This document shows positions 7,030 through 16,639 of a stretch of 56,725 nt of DNA, in pieces. The DNA comes from Ignavibacteria bacterium (GTDB lineage: Bacteria > Bacteroidota > Ignavibacteria > UBA10030 > UBA6906): the NCBI GenBank assembly GCA_003251275.1, contig QKGJ01000404.1:1-56725 (forward strand). The letters are read 5' to 3'. Made by a program: the position numbers and the translations under genes. The notes beneath the pieces were generated by a model. That model saw only the letters and a list, made by a program, of their open reading frames with translations. It was not told the origin of the DNA and did no database searches. Each line of letters begins with the position of its first letter. Within the stretch, counting starts at the first letter, position 1.

Positions 7030-9621
7030 TTAGTTCTGTCGCACCAGCGCTTCCGGCACGTGCTCAAGATGACTGAGATTCATCTCATTTCGTTTTATCA
7101 TGTGGTAGACGGTTGTTAACCGGCCATTCGGTTGACGAATGATCTCGTCCCCCGTCGTCTCAATCTCTTTGCCGTCGGGCGTCCGGAGAATGTACTTCTT
7201 CCCCTTTGCCTCCTGGAATGCCGTCTTCTTCCCGTCAACACTGAGAATCGGGTACCTGCTGCCGTCGCGATAAACGGTGATACCTTTGAGATTGTTCTTC
7301 CACGCATCAAGATAGATCTGGGAGATCACTTCGGGTTCGACATCGTCCGGAAGATTGACGGTGGAAGAAATGGAGTGATCGACATACCTCTGGCAGATAC
7401 CCTGAACACGAACGCGCATCGCCGGCTCGATCTCATGCGCGGTGCGGAAGAAATGTGAGGGAAGAAGTTCATGGATCGGTTTCTTCTGCGCCTGATCCCA
7501 TAATCCCTTCATGTGAAGATAACCGTGGACCGTACTATGGAACACGCGAAACAGCTGGTTTCCGAATGATTCCGAACGGCGGGTGTAGTACAATGCAAAC
7601 ACGGGCTCTACTCCACCGGAGACGCCAATAAAATTCTTTCCCTCGTGTTTGAATCCAAGAACAATATTCGAGATGCTTCCCGTCGGAGCGATAGAGAGGA
7701 TCGCAATGTTACGAATTCCCTTCTGCTTGATCAGAGCCCGGGTTTCATCACTCAACGCTTCCTTAAAAAAGGGACATTGCGCATACTTATCGTAATCAAA
7801 GATTGGCGAGGGCCCCTTTTCCTCCGCGATATGTGCTGAGGACTGGTACGCTGCATCGGCAATATGCGACATGATCTTTTCCATCAAAGCGAGCGCCTCG
7901 TCACTGTCATACGCATGCCCGAGCTGGTTCAGCATATCGGCAATACCCATTACGCCAAGACCGAGGCGGCGTGTTTCTGCCGCAGCCCGCCGTTGTTTCT
8001 CCAGCGGATTGAGCGTCTCATTCCATTCGACAACATTATCGAGGAAGCGGATCGCTGTCTGCGTAACACTCCAAATCGCGTTCCAATCGACGACGGCTTC
8101 CGGGGTATACCCATTCACAACGAACCTGCTGAGATTGATCGATCCGAGGTTGCATGCTCCCCCATCCTCAAGGGGAACTTCTGCGCACGGGTTGGTGCAG
8201 GCAATCGGTCTGCCGACATAGTTGGAGGGACTGTAACGGCTCATTGTCGACCAGAGGATGAGTCCGGGCTCTGCGGTCCGATAGTTTCCCTCTACGAATG
8301 CGTCCCACACATCCCTGGCTTTTACGAGTTTCCTTATTTCCCCTGTTTGCTCCGATCCGAAGTACAAGAGAAAATCACCCGAATAACGGATAGCAAGATC
8401 GTAATCTTTCGCCTGCTGCTCGATGACATAATCACCATAGACGTCGCGAAGGGTGTCATCCGCAAGATCCGTTGAGCTAAGTTTGGTCAGTCCACGTTCC
8501 CGAAGCCAGGCATTGAGATCATCGATCGATTCAAACTCATCGGCAAGCTCATACGCGCGGACATCCTTGGACGGAATGCCGTACGAGTAATGCCCAGTCT
8601 CCGCCTGGTACGCCTTTCGAAGCGTGGGTCGGTTATACTTCCGGTACACAAGAATCCTGGACGGGCCATGCGTTGTTTGCTCGTCCACCGCCTGCATGAA
8701 CTCGTCAGTGACCTTAATGCTGATATTGGCAAACCGAACCTGGGTGTTTTCCCTGACCTGCCGTTCGACCTCATTAATCTGTTTTTCATCAAACACGCCC
8801 GACCACTTGCACTGGTCAACAATTTGTCGTGTCACCCAGTTGGAATTTTTCTTCACCTGAATGAAGTCCAGGACATCTGGATGTTTCACGTCGATCGTGA
8901 GCATCAGCGCGCCACGGCGTCCGCTCTGCCCGATTAAACCGGTGGTCAGCGAGTACAAATCCATAAATGATACTGCCCCGGTCGACTTGTCCGCAGCGTT
9001 ATGAACGACGGAGTCTTTTGGTCGCAACGAAGAAACGTCAACACCGATCCCCCCTCCATACGAATACGTCCGGGCACAATCGTACGCGGCCGAATAGACC
9101 GATTCAATGTTATCTTCTTCGATCTTTGTCACGAAACAATTGGCGAGTGTCTTCATCCGGTAGAGATCGCCCGCGCCAGCAAGGACGCGGCCACCGGAGA
9201 TAAACTGTCCCTGATAGAGAATATGATAGAACTGTTCCGCCCACTCCTTCCGCTTTGCGTCAGTTCGTTCCACTGTCGCGATGAAAGAACTAAGGCGGAT
9301 GAACACATCCTCCGGCCTTTTTTCTACCACCTTATTGTCCAGGTCCTTCACGAAGTATTTTTTCTGATAGATGTTGGTCGCGAGTTCGTTTCCGCCGAGA
9401 TAATCGGGGTGGCTGGGCAGCGCGCCGGAGGCAACCTGTTCCGACAACATAGTGTAGAGCTGCTCATACGCAAGCGTACGTGCCTCACCTATTCGCTGTG
9501 CAGTTTTTCCCTTCACGGAAAACATGTCTCGTAAGACCATGGGGTATTCCTCCGTACAAATATTTATGAGCAACGCGACCGCGGACCGGGCATCGCCTGC
9601 TGCCATGAATTCAGTGAACAC
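7030..9621 (-). CDS. nrdJ: Ribonucleoside-diphosphate/triphosphate reductase, class II (adenosylcobalamin-dependent), large fragment (NrdJa-like); the start is uncertain and could be an internal Met
   Basis: Track ORF of 863 aa. It has the RNR catalytic core with LANCFV, GGGIGVDVSSLRP, ACTNPCAEVPLEDGGACNLGSINL and SISSTVNLP. There is no ATP-cone and no nrdB nearby. Confidence 0.9.
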   Translation of the reverse strand: MFTEFMAAGDARSAVALLINICTEEYPMVLRDMFSVKGKTAQRIGEARTLAYEQLYTMLSEQVASGALPSHPDYLGGNELATNIYQKKYFVKDLDNKVVEKRPEDVFIRLSSFIATVERTDAKRKEWAEQFYHILYQGQFISGGRVLAGAGDLYRMKTLANCFVTKIEEDNIESVYSAAYDCARTYSYGGGIGVDVSSLRPKDSVVHNAADKSTGAVSFMDLYSLTTGLIGQSGRRGALMLTIDVKHPDVLDFIQVKKNSNWVTRQIVDQCKWSGVFDEKQINEVERQVRENTQVRFANISIKVTDEFMQAVDEQTTHGPSRILVYRKYNRPTLRKAYQAETGHYSYGIPSKDVRAYELADEFESIDDLNAWLRERGLTKLSSTDLADDTLRDVYGDYVIEQQAKDYDLAIRYSGDFLLYFGSEQTGEIRKLVKARDVWDAFVEGNYRTAEPGLILWSTMSRYSPSNYVGRPIACTNPCAEVPLEDGGACNLGSINLSRFVVNGYTPEAVVDWNAIWSVTQTAIRFLDNVVEWNETLNPLEKQRRAAAETRRLGLGVMGIADMLNQLGHAYDSDEALALMEKIMSHIADAAYQSSAHIAEEKGPSPIFDYDKYAQCPFFKEALSDETRALIKQKGIRNIAILSIAPTGSISNIVLGFKHEGKNFIGVSGGVEPVFALYYTRRSESFGNQLFRVFHSTVHGYLHMKGLWDQAQKKPIHELLPSHFFRTAHEIEPAMRVRVQGICQRYVDHSISSTVNLPDDVEPEVISQIYLDAWKNNLKGITVYRDGSRYPILSVDGKKTAFQEAKGKKYILRTPDGKEIETTGDEIIRQPNGRLTTVYHMIKRNEMNLSHLEHVPEALVRQN

Positions 9622-9909
9622 ACATTTGTTTTCGCCGGAGAGGCGAGAATGAATTATTTGTTATGAAACGCTGCAAGGATCTCAATGTTCAGGGGTCTTG
9701 AAAATGTGAGGACGTCCGACCGGAGAAACCCGGGCTGTCAAACCGTTACCCAAGTGGGGTTGAATGTACATCATCTCAAGTAAAATATCAAAGAGTAAAT
9801 GGGAAAAAATTTCAGAAAGGCAGAAAAATATGCTCGCGGAGGAACAGCAAAACATTCGATGAGCAGGGTACCGCCAGCCAGGCTTTTCTTCCCGAAGCCA
9901 TGCTTCGAT

Positions 9910-10070
9910 TTGGTTGTTGGCAGGTCTCCTGGCTTGCTGCAAATAAATTTTCCCTTAGCCTTCCCATTCACCAAGGGAACAGTGGCATGTCTCGGGAAAA
10001 ACTCCAACAGCTCACAGTTGCGGGGACAGCCCCGGAATTGCACCGGGTTCCCAGAAGCCGAACAATCCTA
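9910..10070 (-). promoter_or_regulatory. Cobalamin (B12) riboswitch aptamer in the nrdJ leader
   Basis: The reverse strand shows a P1 stem TTGTTCGGC/GCCAACAA. The core reads GGGAACCCGGTGCAATTCCGGGGCTGTCCCCGCAACTGTGA, followed by GCCACTG, GGGAAGGC and the B12 box AAGCCAGGAGACCTGCC. Confidence 0.85.
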
Positions 10071-10169
10071 ATGTTGGTTTCAAGGTGAAGATTATTTTCA
10101 CTAACTGCAAGAAAAAAATCTTTGGCAAAAAAAACGGAGACATTGTCAAAAGGAGGTGCGTCTGAATAA

Positions 10170-12968
10170 TTATTTCAGCAGCATCAACTTTCTTTCGAAC
10201 ACTAACTGGTCAGTCGCAAGCCGATAGTAATAAACCCCGCTTGCCAGCGAAGAGCCGTCGAAGGAAACTGCATAATAGCCGGCTTCCACCTGGTCATTGA
10301 CAAGGGTTCGGACCTCCCGTCCGAGTAGATCGTACAGTTTCAGTGTCACATGCGTACCTATTGGAACATCATAGCGAATTGTTGTCACCGGATTAAACGG
10401 ATTGGGAAAGTTCTGGTGCAGGACAAACTGCGCCGGAATATTCGCGTGCCCGTCAATTATTCCCGTGGTGACAATCTGAACCTCGACCGGAACCATAACA
10501 CTGGGCTGAGACGGATCATTAGAATCGACTATGATACCTGCTGTATGCGTTCCTGGATCCAGAAAGGACGTTGCAATGCGAACGTTGTGAGTGTTGGTGA
10601 CGGAACCACCGATCGTATCTCCCTCAGCAGGGATAAGAGTGATGAACTTTCCGCTTGTCGAAGAGATTGCGCCGTGATAGAGTGTCGTTGTGGTTGATGT
10701 AATCGAGATACTAGCCGGTGGTGGATACGCAGAAATGGATACTCCTGACAGAGCTTGACCGAAACCTACTGCAAGAGGAAACGAGGCTCCGTTGTAGTAC
10801 GTCACACTCTCCAGCCACCCTGCACCAATCATGTAATACTTGCCGGAATCGAGAGCAACATTGATTGGACCTGAACTTGCGAACTGTGTTCCACCAGGAA
10901 CTCTCCGTGGAGGTCCATCATATAACAACGAGAAAGTGCCAGTGGGGGTGGTACTTTCGTATACAACGAATCTCATTTCTGTCGAATCCGGAATAACGTG
11001 ATACGACTGGATCTCCTTCAGCGTTGTCGCTCGCTCCACGGCATAACGATTCCCACGAATTCTGGCACCACCGGTGAACGCACTGATCGGACCTCCAATC
11101 GTCTCTTCAAGAAGGCCACCAAAACCTCCATTCAATGCCAGTTGGTATGCGAGTTGGCTATTCACCGGTCCCGCGTTCCCGACGCTTAGCGTGGTCATCG
11201 CACTATCCCCGGGGCTGAGGCTGAATAAAATGTTGGACGGACCAACCGCGATCTGGGGAGCAGGCAGTGCGACTAGGGCCTGGTTTGCATTGTAGGTTGT
11301 TGAATCGTCAGGAGCATGGACTGTGTCCAACGCCGTTTCATAGCCAAGCTTTGAATACTGAAGAACATAGCTGCCTGTATCCGCAAGAATAAATCGAAAG
11401 AAGCCGGATTGATCTGTGGACACCGTGGCCCCAGAGGTTATGTTTTGCACTGTGACGCCGGAGAGGGTGTCCCCCGTTCCTGCTTCTGTCACGATTCCTT
11501 CAATCCGCGGAGCCGCCACGGAAACTAGCTGAAATGCAGCCCACATGTCAATCAGACCATTTCCATAAGCGTTGTCTTCCCCCGGCACGCCGTAGTCAAC
11601 CGCCGTACTATAGAGTATCTCTTTGATCTCTGTTCCAGTCAGCGCTGGATTTGCGCCACGGAGAACGGCAATTGCCCCTGCCACATGGGGGGATGCCATG
11701 GAGGTACCGGATTTCGTTCCATACGTGTTTGTGCCAATCGCAGACCGAACACTCGTCCCGGGGGCTACCACTTCCGGCTTGATTGTCGTGTTGTCACACT
11801 TTGACGGGCCGCGGCTTGAAGAACTGGAAATAATGTATGGCGTGACGCCGACATTGATATTTCCAACAGCGAATATATTGACCGCTGTCGTAATCCGGTT
11901 TTTAGGTGGAGTGATCGTAGAAGCGCCCGGACCGGAATTGCCGGCGGAAAAAACCACTGCGGTCCCGATTGCTTCTACAGCATCGATCGCAACCCAGTAT
12001 CCTGCAGCACCTGAGCACTCCGACGCACTGACGTTTGGATCTTGATATGAGTTTGAAATCGCATCGGGGACATCATCGGATGTATTGATGTTGCTGTCGG
12101 GATCGGCGGCCCATTGAAACGCGGCCAGTGTATAGCTGGTATGCGGACTGAAGCCAACGTCGATGGTTGGAGACGCAATCCAAAGCGCTCCGGGCGCTAC
12201 ACCAATGGTGTCGTTTGTTGCTGTCTCCAATCCTGTCATGATCCCCATAGTATGGGTTCCATGATCGCTACTGCCGTAATCGACGGGAACAGGCGACGGA
12301 GTATTCATCTGGTCAAACCATGCGTGATACCACGGGACGCCCGGTTGGTTTCCCCTCCACCGTGCTGCGAATGCAGGATGACTTCCCTCCACCCCGGTGT
12401 CAATATTCATCACTATCGATCCCTCGCCGTGATACCCGAGTTCCCACAACTTGTGCGCATTGATCGCTCGCAGGCCAGGCTCCGCCGAACCGGGAGATGC
12501 CGTCGGTGCGTCTGATTCTTCAACCGGCGTGTCGAGGATGAGAGGCCCATCCTCATAAATCATTCTTATGTCTTCTCTCATTGAAAGGGACTGAATCGCA
12601 CGTTTCGTTGCCTTCGCAACAATCATGTTGACAATCCACATTGGCCGGACATCCAGCACCTCTCCTTGCGATGACCGCTCCGAAAGATCCGCCCGCAGAT
12701 CACTCTGGCTTCTCTCCGACATTTCCTGAAGCGCTGTTACCACTAACCGGTGCCGCTCATCCTTTCCGGCTCTTCGCAGACGCAGCGATCTATCCATTGC
12801 CCGCACATCCACCTGGTCATCCAGAAGAATAATCAGCTGGGTAAAGTCACTTTCTCGCATTTGCTCAAGCTTTTGAGCAAGGACCTCATCAATTTTGTTC
12901 ACAGGCTGGGCGTACGAGCCTGCCAACAAAGCAATGTAGGCGATGGAAATACATGAAAAGATTTTCAA
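10170..12968 (-). CDS. Secreted subtilisin-like S8 serine peptidase with propeptide, CarboxypepD_reg-like domain and T9SS C-terminal sorting domain
   Basis: Track ORF of 932 aa with a signal peptide. The catalytic triad motifs are DTGVEGSHPAF, HGTHTMG and GTSMASPHVAG. The C-terminus reads FVLHQNFPNPFNPVTTIRYDV...YDLLGREV...GVYYYRL. Confidence 0.9.
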   Translation of the reverse strand: MKIFSCISIAYIALLAGSYAQPVNKIDEVLAQKLEQMRESDFTQLIILLDDQVDVRAMDRSLRLRRAGKDERHRLVVTALQEMSERSQSDLRADLSERSSQGEVLDVRPMWIVNMIVAKATKRAIQSLSMREDIRMIYEDGPLILDTPVEESDAPTASPGSAEPGLRAINAHKLWELGYHGEGSIVMNIDTGVEGSHPAFAARWRGNQPGVPWYHAWFDQMNTPSPVPVDYGSSDHGTHTMGIMTGLETATNDTIGVAPGALWIASPTIDVGFSPHTSYTLAAFQWAADPDSNINTSDDVPDAISNSYQDPNVSASECSGAAGYWVAIDAVEAIGTAVVFSAGNSGPGASTITPPKNRITTAVNIFAVGNINVGVTPYIISSSSSRGPSKCDNTTIKPEVVAPGTSVRSAIGTNTYGTKSGTSMASPHVAGAIAVLRGANPALTGTEIKEILYSTAVDYGVPGEDNAYGNGLIDMWAAFQLVSVAAPRIEGIVTEAGTGDTLSGVTVQNITSGATVSTDQSGFFRFILADTGSYVLQYSKLGYETALDTVHAPDDSTTYNANQALVALPAPQIAVGPSNILFSLSPGDSAMTTLSVGNAGPVNSQLAYQLALNGGFGGLLEETIGGPISAFTGGARIRGNRYAVERATTLKEIQSYHVIPDSTEMRFVVYESTTPTGTFSLLYDGPPRRVPGGTQFASSGPINVALDSGKYYMIGAGWLESVTYYNGASFPLAVGFGQALSGVSISAYPPPASISITSTTTTLYHGAISSTSGKFITLIPAEGDTIGGSVTNTHNVRIATSFLDPGTHTAGIIVDSNDPSQPSVMVPVEVQIVTTGIIDGHANIPAQFVLHQNFPNPFNPVTTIRYDVPIGTHVTLKLYDLLGREVRTLVNDQVEAGYYAVSFDGSSLASGVYYYRLATDQLVFERKLMLLK

Positions 12969-13008
12969 CGTAACCTCCTTTTTCTCGAAAGGAACAATCG
13001 TTCATCTA

Positions 13009-13710
13009 TCAGTCTTCTTTGTTGAATATCGCATCGGCGATGCCGGCGTTGATCTTCACGTCCGAGTATTCAATGGTGATTGTACCTCGTTTCGGGATCT
13101 GAGCTCGTCGTCGTGGAAAATCAGTCTCGGGAAGGCCGGCCGGTTCTGTGGACTCGTCGGAGGGTGATGCGATCCGCACATCGAGTCTGGACGGAATCCA
13201 ATGTCCATTTTCTTTAGAGAAAGTGAACAAGCCCGTCAGGTTTCTTCCCCCGGGCAAAGTTCGGACAAACCCTTCCGGCGTCCATCGGGTGGTATCGATA
13301 TAGAGAGCGAAGGACTGCTTCTTCCGATCACGCCCCACGAGGATGAGCCGGCGACAGGTCTTTCCGTTCAGCGTGTCGGATGCAATATCTCCCACCTCAT
13401 ATATGCTCCCGAGGGAAGACAGCCCGAGCGCAAGTCCGTCGCGCGGAACCATCATAAAACCGTCTGCGTCAATATGCAATTTGTCGGGTTGCTTGAAGAA
13501 CATCTTTCCTGCCATCGGCGGAACGTTCAAGCGCTCCATGTCGACAGTGATTGTAATTGTTGCGGAAAGGTCTTGAATCCATGAGAACGTTTGTTCGACT
13601 CTTGTGAGAGTTGCATCTCCCTCTTCGGCCGCAGGAGACCGCAAGAAGACCAGGACCATGACCATCATGCCAGTGGTTAATGTTTGCTTGTTACGCACCC
13701 GCATTCTCAT
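13009..13710 (-). CDS. Hypothetical exported protein, possibly with a LolA-like / lipoprotein-sorting fold
   Basis: Track ORF of 233 aa with an N-terminal hydrophobic signal. The beta-rich pattern (FFKQPDKLHIDADGFMMV..., WIPSRLDV) resembles LolA/outer-membrane lipoprotein-sorting proteins. The function call is weak. It ends 40 nt upstream of the S8 protease gene on the same strand. Confidence 0.55.
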   Translation of the reverse strand: MRMRVRNKQTLTTGMMVMVLVFLRSPAAEEGDATLTRVEQTFSWIQDLSATITITVDMERLNVPPMAGKMFFKQPDKLHIDADGFMMVPRDGLALGLSSLGSIYEVGDIASDTLNGKTCRRLILVGRDRKKQSFALYIDTTRWTPEGFVRTLPGGRNLTGLFTFSKENGHWIPSRLDVRIASPSDESTEPAGLPETDFPRRRAQIPKRGTITIEYSDVKINAGIADAIFNKED

Positions 13711-13836
13711 TTGGAGTTCGGCATGAAGGGTTTCCTCTAACAGACTTTCCCCGATTGTTACAAGAATTCACCTCGATCAAATCCAGTTTCTGGTCGTCGA
13801 TTCTTCCTCTCGATGACAAAGAGGAACACCGAGGCC

Positions 13837-15333
13837 TCAGTCGTCAATAAACGGTTGCCACTTTTTATCATCGGGCCGCTTTGTCATCAAGCTGACAACA
13901 ACGAGAGTCATTATCGAGACAATCATCGCAGGTATGGCTATGTAATCCGTGTCCATCGGGAGGGAGATTCCGAAGAGCTGTGCGGCAGGATCACTATTCT
14001 TGAAGACTGAGTTCAGGACTGTGATCGCAATGACCGTCAACATACCTGCTGCTATCGATGCCACACCACCTGCACTCGTTACGCGTTTCCAGAAGAATGC
14101 GGCCAGCAGTGCGGGTGCCAGTGACGCGCCGATCATCGTGTAGGATATAAGTGCCATTTCGAGAATGGTCTCAAACTGGCTCATCAGCAAATATGCCAGC
14201 ACCCCGATGGCGGCAATGCAGGCACGCTGCAACCAGACAACTTGCGTCGGCGTGGCATCCTTATAAAAGAATGCCAGAAAAATATCACGGGTAACGTTTG
14301 TCGAGGTCACCATCAAAAACGTATTGCCCGTAGAAATAATGATCGCCACACCCGCCGAAAGCAACAACGAACCTATGATGACCGGCAGATGCTCGTAACC
14401 GATGCGAAGGATGATCTCCTCCGCCATGGCCCGATTGATGCTGCCATCGCTCAAAAAGAAACGTGGATCATTGGAGTAAAGGGCGAACCCGACGAGCGCA
14501 ATGGTCATCATCAGTGTTTCTATGATAACGACGCCAGCGAACATCCCCATAACCGCCTGTCGCGCGCCTTTCTCATCTTTCGCAGATGCGAATTTTTGAT
14601 AGATGCTGCTCTCGCTTATCAACAGGAGAAATGTTGGCAGCATGATACCAACGATCCAGAAAAAATCGTGACCGCCTGAAACCGAGAGGTACTCCGGATG
14701 AGAGCTTTCGATAGTCGCAACGACAGCCCCCAAGCCACCGTGTGACGAGATCGCGAATGGGAGCGTAACGATCATCGCCAGCAACATCACAACACCGTTG
14801 AAAATGTCGATCGAGACGATCGATACCATTCCCGCCAGCATAGTGAATCCGACAATTAGAATCGCCGCGATCAACATGCCGGTTTCAGCGCTGATCGAAC
14901 CATCCGTCAGAATCGATATGAAACGACCACCGCCCTTAAACTGATAACCCGCGATAACCATATAGGCAACAACAATTGTCAACGTCCCAAGGATTTTTGC
15001 AGTCCGGTTATACCTTTTCTCCAGCAAGTCCGTAAGGGTATATTGAGCAATTCGTCGCACTCGCGCAGCAAGGAAATACACAACTAAAATTCCAACCCAA
15101 GCGCCCGTTGAAAACCACAACTCGGACACACCGGTGCGGAATGTCAATCCAGCGGTCCCAAAAAGACTCCCCGAGCCGATCCAGGTACAAACGAGCGTGG
15201 CAACTAGCATGTACACCGGAACGCTACGACCGGCCACCATAAAGTCATCCGCGGACTTCACGGTACGGCTCTTGTAAACGCTGACGCCCAGCAGAACCAG
15301 CACATATCCGACCACGACAACAATATGAATCAT
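13837..15333 (-). CDS. Sodium:solute symporter family (SSF) transporter
   Basis: Track ORF of 498 aa with about 13 TM helices. The N-terminus is typical of SSF proteins (DFMVAGRSVPVYMLVATLVCTWIGSGSLFG). Confidence 0.88.
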   Translation of the reverse strand: MIHIVVVVGYVLVLLGVSVYKSRTVKSADDFMVAGRSVPVYMLVATLVCTWIGSGSLFGTAGLTFRTGVSELWFSTGAWVGILVVYFLAARVRRIAQYTLTDLLEKRYNRTAKILGTLTIVVAYMVIAGYQFKGGGRFISILTDGSISAETGMLIAAILIVGFTMLAGMVSIVSIDIFNGVVMLLAMIVTLPFAISSHGGLGAVVATIESSHPEYLSVSGGHDFFWIVGIMLPTFLLLISESSIYQKFASAKDEKGARQAVMGMFAGVVIIETLMMTIALVGFALYSNDPRFFLSDGSINRAMAEEIILRIGYEHLPVIIGSLLLSAGVAIIISTGNTFLMVTSTNVTRDIFLAFFYKDATPTQVVWLQRACIAAIGVLAYLLMSQFETILEMALISYTMIGASLAPALLAAFFWKRVTSAGGVASIAAGMLTVIAITVLNSVFKNSDPAAQLFGISLPMDTDYIAIPAMIVSIMTLVVVSLMTKRPDDKKWQPFIDD

Positions 15334-15402
15334 ACGTAACCTCTTAATCCCGGATATTCGATGATTTGTTCTTTTTCACTCACTCCTCTCATCAAGCCAC
15401 TC

Positions 15403-16578
15403 TTATAGGAGAAGAAGCTCCTTCTGCATTTCTCCGGTCACTTCCGGAACGCCATCATGACGGACGAACATGTTAATTTCTGTTCGGGCTGCCATTTCCC
15501 CTTCAAGGTAAATCCCCGGCTCCACCGAGAAGCAGCATCCCGGCATGAGTTGGCGCTCATCTTTTGTTTCGAGATTATCGATGTTCACGCCGTTTCCATG
15601 CACTTCCTCGCCAATGGAATGACCCGTGCGATGAAGAAAATACTTCCCATAGCCCGCTTTCTTCACCATCGACCTGCACGCATCGTCAACTTCCCAACCA
15701 TAACATGCCTTCCCCTCCTCAAATCGTCTCTTGACGAACGCAACCGCGGCATCACGTCCGCTCCTGGCTGCCTCGAATATCTCTCGGTACTTTGGAGACG
15801 GGGTATTCCCCACAAAACCAACCCATGTTATGTCGTAGTATATTCCTCCGGGTTCGGATTTGCGCGCCCAGAGATCGATTAAAACTGTATCTCCGGTTTT
15901 GAACGGCCTTGCATTCTGTGGTGTGATTTCAAAATGCGGGTCCGCCGGGTGCTCGTTTGTTCCGACAATGGGCGCATCATGCGTTTCCAGACCCTCTTCT
16001 TCAAAACGGCCAAGGATAAACTGCTGTATGTCATATTCGGTCGTTCCGTTTCCCGAGGCAACCGCGTCCCGGATTTTTTGAAACGCCTCAGCGCGAATGC
16101 GATCGACAATCACGCCCGCTTCCTTATGCAGGCGATATCCTTTCTCGCTGATCGTTGATTCAAAGAGTTGCACCAAGTCTGCGGAAGAGACAATCTTATG
16201 CCCGAATCCTTTTACCAGTTCGAAAATCCCTGCATCCACAAGCGAGACGTAGGGGATATTGTTCTTCGGCGAGTACTGCATGGCAATTTTCTTTTTGTTG
16301 CCAAGCATTCGCTTGAGTGAGGAATGCAATTGCTCCCAGGCAAGATACACCTGCTTGGAGCCTGCAAGGGAATCAAGCTTTCCTTTCTCAACGGTATGAA
16401 CAAGTTTCTTCGGACTCCCTTTGGCAGGAATAAAGTAGAACCATCGGCGGGTGCTGATCTTCGTTGGATCAATTCCGAGAATACGATACGCAAGATGGTC
16501 GCGCCCACGAAAATCAGCCAGCAGCCAGCCGTCCAGTTTCCGTTCGCGCAACGCCTGTTGAATATGTTCAAGATCCAT
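15403..16578 (-). CDS. M24 family Xaa-Pro aminopeptidase/dipeptidase
   Basis: The track ORF is 404 aa, and the likely start is Met14 (MDLEHIQQAL). It has a creatinase/prolidase-like N-domain and the M24 metal-ligand region (DLWA..., HRTGHSIGEEVHG, EPGIYLEGE). Confidence 0.85.
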   Translation of the reverse strand: MDLEHIQQALRERKLDGWLLADFRGRDHLAYRILGIDPTKISTRRWFYFIPAKGSPKKLVHTVEKGKLDSLAGSKQVYLAWEQLHSSLKRMLGNKKKIAMQYSPKNNIPYVSLVDAGIFELVKGFGHKIVSSADLVQLFESTISEKGYRLHKEAGVIVDRIRAEAFQKIRDAVASGNGTTEYDIQQFILGRFEEEGLETHDAPIVGTNEHPADPHFEITPQNARPFKTGDTVLIDLWARKSEPGGIYYDITWVGFVGNTPSPKYREIFEAARSGRDAAVAFVKRRFEEGKACYGWEVDDACRSMVKKAGYGKYFLHRTGHSIGEEVHGNGVNIDNLETKDERQLMPGCCFSVEPGIYLEGEMAARTEINMFVRHDGVPEVTGEMQKELLLL

Positions 16579-16639
16579 GAGTGCGTTCCTGGCAATGAAT
16601 AATTGGGGAAAATGCAAGGATGAAGTGAAAGGTGTGGGG

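Noticed and set aside
9541-9621. The N-terminal 27 residues of the nrdJ track ORF (MFTEFMAAGDARSAVALLINICTEEYP).
   Set aside because: I could not decide between this start and the internal Met (MVLRDMF...). I kept the longest ORF, but I do not treat the extension as a feature.
9682-10071. Small ORFs (9682-9942 -, 9771-10043 -, 9799-10071 +, 9900-10088 +) in the nrdJ upstream region.
   Set aside because: They overlap the cobalamin riboswitch aptamer and its platform. They show no coding features, and the RNA element explains the conservation-like structure.
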